Assembly: GCA_010405405.1 (NCBI GenBank)
Contig: MU004233.1
Coordinates: forward strand, 375,067 to 439,066
DNA from: Microthyrium microscopicum
Taxonomy: Eukaryota
DNA: 64,000 bases
Direction of reading: 5' to 3'
The position numbers were made by a program, and so were the translations under genes. Position 1 is the first letter of the stretch, and each line of letters begins with the position of its first letter. This document shows, in pieces, positions 39,641-52,830 of this stretch. The notes beneath the pieces were generated by a model. That model had not been told where the DNA came from and searched no databases. It saw nothing but the letters and a program-made list of their open reading frames with translations.

Positions 39641-41447
39641 TCATTGAATGTTTAGTCGATACTCCAAAGCTAGCCGCTCCTTACACATATCACCGATCAA
39701 ATATGCCACCGCCATAGGATGACAACTTGGCAAAAATGGCGTAACACTCATATCCGCAACCCGCAGTGCCTCAATACCCTTGACCCTGAAGTGAGTATCG
39801 ACAACTGCCATCGGATCATCGTCTGTTCCCATCCTCGCCGTGCAACTCGGATGCCAATCTGTCACAGCCACTTGACGACCATAAGCCAGGATGTCTTCTT
39901 CGCTTGAGCTCTTCGGCGCTGCGAGTGCTGCTTCGATATCATCTTGTAGACTTGGATCACTGAATATTTCTTGCACAATTCTGGCTGATTCAATCAGGTT
40001 GCGTTGATCAAAAGGATGATCGAGAATTCTAGGATCACAAAGCGGCGGATCATATGGGTTGGTAGACGCAAGTCGAATGCTGCCTCGTGACTGTGGTACA
40101 TGTCCAATAATTAGTGCTGTCAGGTAATGGAGCTTGGGAATGGCATCTGGAATAAGAGGCGGTGTATGAGTGGTGATTTCCCAAGTTGGGACTGTGGACT
40201 GCTTCAACCGCTCCTTCACATCTGCTTGAAGCGATTTATACTCCTCGCTATTTACCATCGCGGCTGATGGCCGTAGAAAGCCCATTGGCATACATCCATG
40301 AAGCGAAGCGAGAGGGCCAGTACCATTAGTATTGAACCGAGCTTGAGCCTCAGCATAAGCTCTCGGGTCAGTGATGAAAAGACGTGGGTTTGGTATCGAA
40401 GATTTGAGTTGTATGACGAAAGGAACGAGCCAGTGGTCTTCGAGATTGCTGCCTACTCCTGGAAGGTCTTTCACGATTGGGATACTATGTTTGTCGAGTT
40501 CCGCTTTAGGTCCTATGCCGGAAAGCATCAAGAGTTTTGGCGTATCGATGGCTCCAGCGCATAATATGACTTCTTTTCGAGCGAGATCTATACTAGTAAG
40601 GAACCGTTCGAACGTGATTTTTGCAACTCACATTTTTTGTCGTCGGCCTCCACTCCTATTGCTCGTAAGCCTACCAATATGAGTCCTGTTACTTGAGTAT
40701 CTGACAATATTGTCAAATTGCTGGGGTGATTGTGAAGGAAGACCGTAGCACCCGTCGCTCTGTATCCAGTCTTTCCAGCGGTTGGACACATTCCCAAGCC
40801 TATGGGATCACCAGAGTTGATGTCTAAATTAGTTGATATGCCACAGTTCGCAGCAGCAGCAAACATGCTCGTGAGCCCAGGTTCCCAGGTTTTTGGGAAG
40901 TAAACATACACCCCATCTGCATTTCCATGCTGGTGCAAACCCGGATTCGCAAACTGCTGATACTCAGGGGCCACGTTGGTGTCATAATTTTCAATTCCTT
41001 GGAATCGCCTTCTCGTATTCTCCCAATTGAAGAAATCGTCATCCACGATCTTTGCCCAGTGATCATAGTCTCCTTTGGGACCAATTGTGTAGCAAGCAAA
41101 GTTGATTTTGCTCGACCCCCCGAGACCTTTGCCGCGAGAACAGTCGAGAATGCGATTGTCCAAGGCCTTTTGCGGAACAGTTCTGTAGTTCCAATTGTAT
41201 TCAGGATATTTCGTCAAGATATCATATCGGTCTGCGACAATCAGTGATGCGGGATCACACTCACTTGTCCCCGCCTCAAGAAGTAGCACTGATGGTTTCT
41301 TTGGTGTGTCTGCCAGTCGCCTGGCGAGGATACATCCTGCTGGACCGCCTGATAGAGGTATTACTCATCAATTCTTAGTATATGAGAGATGAACATACTT
41401 CCCACCACAATAAAATCATACTTTGTGATATCCGTCTCTGGAGTCAT
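39641..41447 (-). CDS. GMC (glucose-methanol-choline) oxidoreductase, 3 exons
   Basis: YDFIVVG|SGPAG FAD-binding motif across intron 1; RGKGLGGSSKIN; LSGIGP; PGVGSNLEDH; WHPSCTARMG; LRVADMS. Confidence 0.92.
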
Positions 41448-41777
41448 ACTTGTCAGTTTGCATTGCAGTGGACCGCGTCCAGATGCGTTGAGGCTGTGGC
41501 AAAATCGAGGATATAGCTTGTAGAGTTGAAGCGAATGGAGTCTTGCACCAACGTTGACATCGATAGATTTAGCTTTCAATTGTGTCCAAGATCATAATTT
41601 GGACTGTTGATACTATTCACGATTGAAGCACAGCATCAAGGTGGGGTTGATCTCGACTTCCCGAACAGAACCCGACCTCCCAAACTATTTCGACTTGGCC
41701 TGAACAATAAATATCATTTTGTCTGATAGATTTTTCAAGGCCAAGGGCATAAGTATCATTCCCCAGGATCCATAAAC

Positions 41778-43118
41778 ATGGCCGAAGATTGGAAGGCTGC
41801 CATAACCTTCAGTGACCGCCTCAACCACACGGTCGAAATGTAAGTCTATCTCCATCACGAAGACTCAAAACCAACATAAGCAGAACAGCCGCCTACAAAG
41901 CCGCCCACCCAGAATTAGACTCCAAAGAAGCTTCAACCGCAGCAAGGAACCTAGAAACAACCATATTCAACGACGCCAAAACACTGGTCATTTCCACTGT
42001 GCCCCGACACCCATCACCAAACTAACATCATCCAGCCCGATTATCAACTCCTCTGCCAAAAGGCCATATCAGACCTCCAACCATCCCAAAGTCAATCAGC
42101 ACCACCAACAGAAACCCCAGAGATCCTAGCAGCCCGTCTCCTCTCAACAACACCAAGCACCACAAAACTAGGCCCATACACACAATGCGCTCACTTCAAA
42201 TCCGGCATATTCAGCGCCATCTACGTCGCCCGCACACCCACTGACCCCGACATCAAGAAACCAGAGACATTCGTGGCACTAAAAGCAACCCATCTATCAT
42301 CCATGCAACCACCCCATAACTCCGCCCGCGAAGTCCGTCTCCTACACCGCACTGCATCCTCACACGTCGTTCCCATCCACGATGCCTTTCGCGATGGAGC
42401 TGGGCATTTAGTGCTCGTTATGCCGTTTCTGCCGCTTAGCCTTGATCAAGCTATCACCCAGCCGAAAAGCGGAGTAATGTCGGTAAGTATGAGGCGTTGT
42501 ATGCGCGATATATTCGCCGCATTGGCATATGTACATTCCCAAGGTGTGATTCATCGCGATATAAAACCTAGTAATATCCTCCTCCATTCTACAGACGGAC
42601 CGGCATATCTAGCAGACTTTGGTATCGCTTGGGGTGAGGGTGATGCTGATAGTGAGCCGAAGGAGCGCAAGATCACGGATGTAGGGACGACTTGTTATCG
42701 GGCGCCGGAGGTGTTGTTTGGCGATACAGCGTATGGGACGGCATTCGATATGTGGGCGATGGGCTGTGTGGTTGCAGAGGTAGCGACTGGAAGAGAGTTG
42801 TGGGAGGGAGGCGCTGTGGGCACGGAGTTGGTGTTGGTGGGAAGTATTATGCAGGGATTGGGTACGCCGACTGCAGAGGAGATGGGGAGTTTGCCGGACT
42901 GGGGGAAGATAGAGTTTAAGAGGTATGAGAAGAGGAATTGGGAGGAGCTGTTGCCAGGTGTGGAGGCGGATGTGTGGGATTTGGTGAGCGGGTTGGTTAA
43001 GTGGTCGGCGAGTGAACGATTGACGGCTGAAGACGTAAGTTACGCTGTGAAATAAATATTCGTGTGCTAACGACGGTAATAGGCTCTCAAGCATCCGTTA
43101 TTCGAAGGTCTAGATTGA
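41778..43118 (+). CDS. CMGC/CDK-like Ser/Thr kinase, probable monomeric CDK-activating kinase (Csk1/Cak1-like)
   Basis: VALK, HRDIKPSN, DFG, DVGTTCYRAPE, DMWAMG; non-canonical Gly loop (FKSGIFSAIY); last exon ALKHPLF. Confidence 0.8.
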
Positions 43119-43281
43119 AGTATTTCAGCGCCTGTTTGGGCTGATTGTCATTAGATAGTGTATCACCCATAGGAGTCCATACACCTATCCCTGTTATCAA
43201 CTCTTGATCAACGATACATATGACAAGAACTCCCCAGCGCCATCGTGAAGAAGCTAACCAAAGAAGAGAACAGTTGAGCAT

Positions 43282-44512
43282 CTATTGTGCTCCTCTCGGT
43301 TTGCCCTTGACTTTGGCCTTCTCTTTTTGAGCTTCCTTCTTTGCCTTCTTCTGTGCTGCAATCTTCTCGTCATTCTTGCGTTTGAGCTTCTGCTGTTCCT
43401 CCTGAGTCCGCTCCTTGGGCTTGAAAAATCCGTCAAGGCGTGATTGTTGTGCAGTGCCAGAAGTCTTGACCAGTCGAGCAGCGCCACTTCGCACACGATC
43501 CTCGTTGAATCCCTTCTCTTCGACAAGGAACTTGACCAATCCATCAACGTCTGGTTTCTCCCATTTGAACTCGCACTCGGGCGCATCAGCAGGACGTACG
43601 TCCGGCTCGAGGAACAGAAGTCGTGCATCAGCATAGGGCCAGTCCTCGGGCACCTCATACTTCTTACTCGTCTTGAAGAACTCCACCACAGTCTCCAAAT
43701 CCCCATGCTCACGAATAAGCTTCAACGCCGTCTGCGGACCAACACCCTTGACCGGATCCAGATAATCGCAGCCCAGCAAAATACACATATCAATGAACTG
43801 CTTCCGCTCCATCTCCAGCCCCGAAAGCACTTTGTCCAGATGGATCTCCTGGATCGGCTCCTTGCGCTGCTCACTGAACGTCAAATGCCGTAGCAAAATC
43901 GGCGTATCGAAAGTCAACGTATCCATATCCTCACTCGCCGCCGCATAAACCTTCCCACCCCTCGCCAACTCCGCACACTGCGCCTCCGCCTCCGTCGGCG
44001 CAATAATAAACGGAATACCCATCAACTTCAACAATCTCTGACACTCCGCATTATGCTCGCGTGTAACTCTCACGGTCCGTCTTGCAAACTTCTCCACATC
44101 CTCTGCAGTACCCGTCTCTTTCGCCTCGTCATGTGCTTCGTGAGCTTCTGCTTTACGCTGGAAGCGCTTAGCGAGTTCGCCGCTCTTGAGTTTTGGTGGT
44201 GCGCCGTCAAAGACGTAGAGAGGCTTGATGCCATTGTCAGCCATGCGTAGGGTGCGGTAGAACATGCCCATTAGATGGGAGGTGGTTTCGCCGGATTCGT
44301 TCATGAGTTGTTGGCCGTCGGAGCGGACGGCGATGAGGAAGGAGTAGATGCTCATGGAGGCGTCGATGGCTACTTTGCGGCCGAAATGGGTTTTGATGTC
44401 GCCATTTTTGACGGCGTCTGGACAGTTTTCGCTGATGATTTGGAATAAGCCTATGCAGTGGTTAATTTGATAATCGACGATATATTCTGTATTACTTACT
44501 CTTGATACCCAT
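43282..44512 (-). CDS. FEN1: Flap endonuclease 1
   Basis: MGIK|intron...[47 protein letters not shown]-box QSRLDGFF. Confidence 0.97.
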
Positions 44513-44614
44513 AATGGCGGCTTGCGAATTCGGTATAGCAGAAGTGTAAGTGTTGCTCTGGAAGTGGAGAGATGTCAATCCATGAAGCTGAGGAGAGGTA
44601 CGGAGTACCAAATG

Positions 44615-44620
44615 ACGCGT
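44615..44620. promoter_or_regulatory. MCB element (ACGCGT) upstream of FEN1
   Basis: ACGCGT about 100 bp upstream of the ATG with nearby CGCG variants; expected for an S-phase gene. Confidence 0.55.
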
Positions 44621-44977
44621 CGAAGCCTAAAAGCGCGACTGCCAAAGGACGCAATCACGTGTGGACGCGCTTGATCCATCGCAACTTCCCCTTTTGGAGG
44701 CTATCTTGATCAATTCTGAAGATTTCAATTTTGAGACCAAGTCAATGGATCAAACTCACCAAAAATCCACTTATATTCTCTCTTAGTTCAATAGAAATGC
44801 TTCAAATGTCACCGAGGAGAATCTCGGTCGACATTAAATCTTTCAACGCCACCCGCGGCGCCACTAATGTGGGGAAAGCTTCAACAGCAGCCGAGCTCCC
44901 ATACAAAAATATATCTCCATTGACATCACTCTCCTCCACATTCTCACATTTGAACCCCTCAATATAGTTTTTCAATC

Positions 44978-46380
44978 ATGATCAGACCAATATGTAGACA
45001 CGTCTCCAGGCAATTGGCCTCCAAGCGACCCTCAATCCCCCTCCCGTCTCTCACCAACTCCCTCCGCACCTACTCCGCCGGAGCCGCCCCCTCTTCCCTC
45101 GCACCACAACCATTCAAATGGGAAGATCCTCTCGCTCTGCAAACACTCCTCACTGAAGAAGAACTCTCAATCCAAGAAACCGCCGAATCATACTGTCAAG
45201 AACGCCTCCTACCCCGGGTTCTCGGTCCGCCCCCTCCTCCCTCCCAATCCACCTGTACTAACGCACACCAGACGCATACCGCGATGAAAACTACGACCGC
45301 GCAATCCTAACCGAAATGGGCTCCCTCGGCCTCCTCGGCTCCACAATCACAGGCCACGGATGCGCCGGCGTATCCCAAGTCGCCTCCGGCCTAATCACAC
45401 GAGCCGTCGAGCGCGTCGACTCCGGCTATCGATCCGGCATGTCCGTGCAATCATCGCTCGTAATGGGCGCGATCTCCGAGCACGGGACAGAAGAGCAAAA
45501 AGAGCGTTTTCTGTCGAAGATGGCCAAGGGCGAGAGCGTGGGGTGTTTTGGGTTGACGGAACCAAATCATGGGTCTGATCCAGGGAGCATGGAGACGGTG
45601 GCGGTGAAACAGGAGGGCGGTGGGTATAAGTTGAGCGGGAGTAAGACGTGGATTACGAATAGTCCGATTAGTGATGTTTGTTTGGTTTGGGCGAAGTTGG
45701 ATGGGGTTATAAGGGGGTTTTTGGTGGAGAGGGAACGGTGTCCACCGGGGACGTTGGAGACGCCGCCGATTAAACATAAGACTGGGCTGAGGGCTAGTTT
45801 GACGGGCATGATTCATCTTGACAACGCACCTGTGCCGGAGGAAAATATGTTTCCGGACGTCACTGGCCTCCGCGGTCCATTTAGCTGCCTCAACAGCGCA
45901 AGATACGGTATCGCGTGGGGCGTCATCGGTGCGTTGGAGGATTGTATCGCTCGCGCTCGCGAATACTCCTTGGACCGGAAACAATTCAAGGGCAATCCCC
46001 TCGCCAAGTACCAACTCATCCAGAAGAAACTCGCAGACGCATCAACGGATGCGGCGTACGGTTTGCTAGCCGCATATCAATTAGGCAAATTGAAGGATGA
46101 GGGCAAATTGGCGCCGGAGATGATCAGCATGGTAAAGAGGCAGAACTGTGATCGCGCGTTGGAGGGAGCACGAAAGTTGCAGGAGGTGTTTGGTGGGAAT
46201 GCGGTGAGCGACGAATATCATGTTGGACGACATGTGGCGAATTTGTTTGTGACGCAGACTTATGAGGGACAGAGTGATATACATGGTAAGTTTCAAATTA
46301 TCCTTCTAGGGGATGTGGCTAATAATGTTGTAGCGTTGATTTTGGGACGAGCGATTACGGGCGTTCAAGCGTTTGTTTAG
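44978..46380 (+). CDS. GCDH: Glutaryl-CoA dehydrogenase (mitochondrial acyl-CoA dehydrogenase), 3 exons
   Basis: Mitochondrial-type leader; [60 protein letters not shown]. Confidence 0.93.
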
Positions 46381-46971
46381 ATGTTGGGTGATGTCGTATG
46401 CTGGAGTCTGGAAAGCCGTTGGGATGTAGGTAGTGACGCTATAAGGCTGAAAGCGAAAATGTACATAAGACAGTGGATATCACCAACAGTTGGGCGAGGC
46501 ACATAAAAAGCATAGCAAAAACGTCACGAACCAAGCACCAAGTTGATAGAAGCATAGGAATGTTTCTCATGTTATCATTCATTTGATCTATCGTGATATC
46601 ATAAGCCTCCAAGATACCCTCCAGACCAGCCCAACCCATAATCCCCATAAGCCCCCTGGATATTCCGACCTGCCTGGTTCCCATAATATGAGTCTCCCGT
46701 TAAGTACTCTCTAATCTGCCGCCTATTCAATGTTTCCTAAGTCTACTGTCCATCTCTTCGGACTTGCCATTAAAACATTAACTATACAAGGCCGCGCCGC
46801 GTGTGCAAAGCCGGCCTACATATGGGGGCGTAGTAGTACATGGATGGATAACAAAGTGTTGATTAGCGTGTGGAGACACTCGCGTCCGCTCCTTGGTGGT
46901 CGTGTCGGTCATTATGGGATATGATGTTGATATAGGAATAGTTGCCGCTCGTGGCGTGCCTTCTTGGTGGA

Positions 46972-49900
46972 TCATATGTCCGACATTTCGACATCGGCGT
47001 CCTGGCTGGTGAAATTGAGCTGTCGCGTAGTCGTTACATCTCCATCTGTTGGGCCCCAGTTGCCTTCGAAGATCGTTGCACCCAGTTGGCTCCGCGTATG
47101 TACCCACTGCAGTCCTTGGTGGCGGAATATTTGCTCGGCAGTGGGGCGATCGGATGCCTCGCGAGCTAGCATTGACCGAACTAAGCCATCCAGAGAATTG
47201 TCGTCTTCCTCATATTGCATGAAAAGCGGTGGTTGTCGAAGACCGAAGAATGGCTGTGGCCGCAGCGGGGAAGACGAGTCGCTCGAACTGCCCATAATTG
47301 GCTCGCCGTTAATGTCCCGGTCGAGATGGCTTTCCGGATTATTGGTCAAGGCAGGGAGACTCGATATATCGCCAGATCGGAGCGCTTGCCAATTGGGCCC
47401 GTTCTCTGGCAGGAAGGTGTTACAGGCGATCTCCAATGCGATCAACCCGAGAGCAAAGACATCCACAGGTTTGTCGAAGCGACCTTGGAGTACCTCAGGA
47501 GCGATGTACTCCCGATCGCCTTCGCCATCGACACCCTTTGATACTGGCCAACTTGAGGCAAGGCCAAAATCACCAATCTTCAGACATCTATCCTCGGTAA
47601 TGAAAATATTGGCGGGCTTTAGGTCCAGGTGGATGAAACCGGCATTGTGAATTTCACGGAGACCCTATGAAATGTTAGCAAATAGTTGACCATTACAATA
47701 GCAGCTGACTTACCATAGTCATTTCCGCGAGAATCTTCCACACGCGGAAATCATCGATACGGGCCTTGTTACCGGCTACAGCGAGAAATCTCCTAAGACT
47801 GCCCCGTTCACAGTATTCGGTTTGAATGTAGAGGTGGTAATCAGCCTCCCAGGAATCCCGATATTCCAGTATATGGTTTTGTCCGCGTAGAGTCCGGAGG
47901 ATTTCCACTTCCCGAAGTTTCTTGGCCCGATCCCGATTACCAACATACTGCTTTTTGGATTTCTTTACCACGCATACTCGGCCAGAGCTCGGAGAGTTGC
48001 CAGTTCCAAACACAGATTCGACTGGATCCGAAGCCTTGTAGACAACCGAGAACTCACCCTGTGCCAGGACAGTAACAGTAGAAAATCGCGCCGTTATGCT
48101 CGTATCAACATCGGCTTGGACTGCAACGCTGAAGCCAAAAAGATTGTCGCGAGACGCCGTTGGTGTTGCAGGAAGCGCATTAGTACTGCGCTTGAACCCA
48201 GAGATTGAAAGACGGCCTGGATCCGGAGGGCTTAGTCCACCGGATGGTGTGTGCGGCGATGTTCGTCCTGAGTTATCCTGTACTGGAGTAACTGCACCAC
48301 GAACTGTCTTAGTAATGGATCTTAATTGATATTGAGGGGGAGGAGGCATCTTGCTCGGCGTCTCTGTAATATCTGGTGACGAAACAGGAGACAGACCGGA
48401 GTCAAATCGAGGAGTGTTGGCTTTTTGTGAAAGAGGAGGCTCTTGAGCAACAGCCTCGTCTTCTTCAAAAATTACAGGCTGTATTGGGGTTGATCTTGGA
48501 GTCGATCTTGGTACAGGAGGCAACATTGTGCGCGAAAACATTTTCTTGACATGATTTGCGATAGGAGATCGCTTCGGACTGCGCGGACGTTTCGCAGCTT
48601 TGACTGCCAAGGGCGAGTCATCAACAGAATAAAAATCATGCTCACCTTTGCGCGTAAGTCGAGGCGCTGGTTCATCCGAGGGGCTCGGTGTCGTGACGGG
48701 GGCGAAAGTATCAGGGCCTAACGAAGTTCTTCGACCGAACAGACTGCTTCGAAGAGAGGTGGCTTTGACTCGTCCAGAGCTGCCGAATTTTGTTGGAGTA
48801 GGCGGAAGCTCATCTGCACTAGATTGGCTATCCTGCGCCTCCTTTGATCCGGCATCGCCGTCTTCACTGACGAAACTGCTGCGACGGACAATATCACCCC
48901 CAAACAGGTTGTGGCTGGACGATGCGTTAAGTTTTCCAAATAATCCGAAAGGTGACGTCTTGCGCCTCTCTGTATCGAAAACAAGTGGCGTCGTTGGCTC
49001 TTGAAAGGGCGTGTAGTCATGTGACTGCACGCTTTGGCGGAAGGGAGTTGTTGTTACAGGTGGGAAGGAGGCGCGCTTTGATGGTGTATCCGGCATGGCG
49101 AAGCGCTCGGTGTCATTGTAAGGGTGGAATTCGGGGTGGCGATTCCGCTTCGATACGAGGCCTGTTGAATTGTAGCCGCCGGGGTGTATTTGAAGTCGGT
49201 GCGCCGGGGCAGGTGTCGCGAAAGAGCCATCGCTTGATGAATCGTTGTCAGTGTTGATAGTTGGTCGTGTTGCGCCGATGGGAAGCGACTTCGAGAGGAG
49301 GGGGTGTTTGTTGGTGGGTAGCGGTGGCTTGCCCATCACTTTCGAGTTTCCGTTGTTTTGAAGAGGTGCCATATTTGTTTCTTCTAGTAGACTTGATCCT
49401 GATGATGAAGGAACGAGTGCGCGTGATAACGGATGCGGTTGATGTGTTGTGGTGGGGAAGTAGAAACTGGGTTGGTGAGATGGGGTCAAGGTTGAAGGAG
49501 AGTGGAGAGAGTTTGTTGATTGCAAGGCTTGGGGGTTGCCAAACAATGAATTGGAGGTGGTGAAGCTGGAGGTGGTTGTTGGTCGTGTTTGGAATGGCGA
49601 CAGGTGACCTAGTTGGGAGCCGTCAAGTGAAAACCTATTTCGGGCTTTTACACCTGGAGCAGGAGATGATTGGCTTGCTACCTCCTGGAGTGAATCATTG
49701 GTTCCTCGAGATCGCGAAAAGAGATGTGGTTGTCGTCCGGATTTGCGAAGAGACGACGCTCGCTTAATGGCAGGAGAGGAGAAAGAGCCAAATGCGCCCT
49801 CGTTTACAGAGGCTTGATGCCTTAGTGGCCGTTCGGAAGGTTGTTGTATATTTAATTGATCTTGGGGCGCAGCAATGGGAGTACTGAATAATTGTTGATG

Positions 49901-50602
49901 TACAGATTGACTAAAGATGTCGAAGTCGGCTCCAAAGTTGGCACCGTGAAGGCTTCGTCGCTTGACGGGGGTACCAAACTGCTGCTCTTCTGAGCTTAAA
50001 GGCGCATCGTTGCGCTTCAAAGGACTTGCACGAGCTGGAACAGTCTCAGACAATACGAGAAGAGTCTCGGGTCGTGGTCGCGGCACCTCGAATTTGACTG
50101 GGGTGTCGTGTGTATCAAAGCGAAATCGAGGTGATCTCGTACTTTCCTTAACGGGCTTTGAGGCTGAACCATCAGATGAGTCGGAACCAAACCTATTCTC
50201 GTCGCCGTTCTCATTTGGTGGAGAGTTGCTATTGTGTGAGCCATCACTGGCTCCCCGTCGCAGGGGCGTCCTATTGCCACCCATTCGAGTGGATCTCAAA
50301 GGTCGTCTTATGGAGAACTTCTTCTTTGGTGCTGGGGATTCTGGGGTATTCTGTTGTGACAATTGGAAAAGACCAAAGGTAGATTGTTGTGCGCGGGGAG
50401 TTTGTGTGCGCGATATAGAAAATGGCGAAGTTGCAATTGGTGTATGGCTTGGTGACTGTAGATTATAACGCTGAGGTTTAGACGGAGATCTTGAAAGAGA
50501 TCGTCTTATCTCGGCAGCTGCGAATCTATCGATATACTGGGCGTGTGTAGGAGATGGTAGGTGCATAGTACCACCAACTTCGTGATGAGGGGAATAGTCC
50601 AT
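46972..50602 (-). CDS. WEE1: Wee1/Swe1-family CDK-inhibitory kinase
   Basis: Long S/P-rich N-terminus with many TP/SP sites; [50 protein letters not shown]; intron ~47713-47665. Confidence 0.93.
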
Positions 50603-51246
50603 AGTTACGTCTCTCGATCCAGGAGGGAAAGTTGATATGGATAGTGGGTGGTCAAGTAGTTGACAAGAGTCAAGCGGGAGCAATGTACAAGCAGAGTATG
50701 CGAATGCTCTACTGTTGACAATCGATAGAGATACAATGGAGTCCAAACTTTGAGCTTTGACGGCAGCTGAGAATAGAAATGAAATGGATTGCAAAGCTCA
50801 ATAGTGCGAGAACCGGTCCCGTATCACGTATGAAGTTGGTCGAGGAGAAGTTGCGCAAAATCAAGCGGGGTTGAGACAAGTCAGCATTGCCTGTTGTTTT
50901 GCCATCCGTTGAAGAATAGAAATGGCAAAATCGCGCGCAAAGGCCAGCGGCTAAGGTCGATGTATGGTTAGAGGCAAAGGATCAGGTGGGCGGTGACGTG
51001 TCCAGACTTGATGTTGCGGTGTCGCGATGCAGGAATGGGGTAAACAATGGCCGTAGAGCCAATGGACGCGCGACAAATGTATGGACTGTGTGGTAAAAGA
51101 AGTGTTGATAATGGGCGAAGATGAGTCGGATTGCTGAGTGTTAGTAGAGAGTGGAATCCAGGTCCAGAGAGGAAGTGTTGGTGGTGGTGGTTGTCGAGGT
51201 GTCGGTGCTTGATGGATAGAAGTTGAGAAGGAAGAAGTCAGAACAG

Positions 51247-51404
51247 ACGCGTTGATTGTGTGGAGGAAGCCGCGAGGAAGCCGCGAAGGGAAGCACCTGC
51301 CTTCAAGCCTTGCATCGGGGGGCTTGGCGACCCTGAGCACGTGTCGAGGTCCACCCGGCTGCCCTTTGCGTCCAATCAAAACTAATTAAATACTTTCGAC
51401 GCGT
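51247..51404. promoter_or_regulatory. Two MCB elements (ACGCGT) and a CCAAT box upstream of WEE1
   Basis: ACGCGT at 51247-51252 and 51399-51404; CCAAT at ~51372. Confidence 0.45.
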
Positions 51405-52722
51405 GTGCACGGGCACAACAACAACCCCATGAACCATTTCAACCTCTCCCCTGGAAAGGAACGCTTTTTCTGCCACATAACAAGCCTCATATATCTCCAG
51501 CCAATATCAATCCTCTGGTTGGATTTGCATCCTTTTCGCATCTGGTTCAAACTCCGAAAGGGTCTGAAAGGGATAGGAAGGAGCTTCCATCCAGATCCAA
51601 ACCCCCACTCGCCGTCAAGATCTCAACAGGCAGTCGCGTTGTTTGTTTACAAGTAAACATTGACATGTATACAATCAGTAGGTAGGCTCCAGTCGCCACC
51701 CTGTTCTTCTCTCTTCTTCTGAAGATCATTCAGGCAGATGCTTTCTTTTTGCCACCTAGATTGGGCAGCAAAAAGAATCGTCACAATTTTTGTTGTAGTT
51801 TCGGCAATCAAATTGAGTTGCTACTTTGGCTGCTTTGCATCAGGGGCTGCATCTACCCGCGCCTAAACATAATTTCGTATAACCTTCCAGCTACTGCAGG
51901 GTCGATCTTATCATGGGATCCTAAGGAACAAGGAACTAGAATGTTTTGATATCGATCTCTGCCGTCCTCGAGTTCCTCTAAGCCTTACCCGTGGTACCCT
52001 GCTTGAAAACAAGATCCAACTTCATCTCCATCGCGCTGACATCACGGCACAACTTCAAAGATCGATGTCAACCCACAAGCCGATCTTGTCGCTGTATTCC
52101 AACTTATTTCTCGTACGGTGGCATATAACATTGTTAGCCATGAGCATTGTTCCCTGCCGATTGCTGACCATGACCTCTAGAAGCTTCTCATGTGTTGTTG
52201 ATAATGGTTACTACCATACAACCAGGCATTCCACTCGGACACCCTCTACAGCGTATTTCCTAGTTAATTGTACTACCTAGACCCTGAACTCGAGTTGTTG
52301 TTCACAGTGCTTGACAACTTATGACATCACTGCGATCACTGTACTCCTCTATATTCCTCCGCATCGAATTCCCCGCAAATGCGCAACTTCATGTGTACAC
52401 GTCATGTTTACTCTATCGCTGAAAAGGGGTATGATTGTCCACATAGCAACAACTTCATTTCTGGCACTTTGATAGCAACACCGTGACAACGTCCTATCGA
52501 GTGTAATGAGTGATGTAATCGGGCTTTGAGCTGAGCTCAACAGCTTTACTTCACAAGTCACTATGGCATCTTTAGCAAATTTACAAGACTGTCCTACATG
52601 GTTTTTTCGTGGTAGCGTACTTTAGTACTTTTAGATGTGATCGGTGAGTTGAGGAATATTGAAACCAATACTATCGAATACTACGACTCGACATTGGACA
52701 CTGAAACTTGTATTAAGACAGT

Positions 52723-52812
52723 TCGAAATTTCCGACAGATCTGGAGATGCTAAACTTTCGACCATCATCGAAATTTCCGACAGATCTGGAGATGCTGAAC
52801 TTTCGACCATTA
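52723..52812. repeat. 45-bp tandem duplication
   Basis: TCGAAATTTCCGACAGATCTGGAGATGCT[A/G]AACTTTCGACCAT[C/T]A twice, just downstream of the 52831 stop. Confidence 0.9.
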
Positions 52813-52830
52813 TATTGGTATCCAACACCC

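Noticed and set aside
41778..50602. Cell-cycle gene cluster (CAK-like kinase, FEN1, Wee1)
   Set aside because: Interrupted by an unrelated metabolic gene; adjacency alone does not show a functional cluster
50603..50794. 64-codon N-terminal extension of Wee1 in the ORF track
   Set aside because: Starts at a non-ATG codon; the first ATG (MDYSPHHE) at 50602 is the more plausible start
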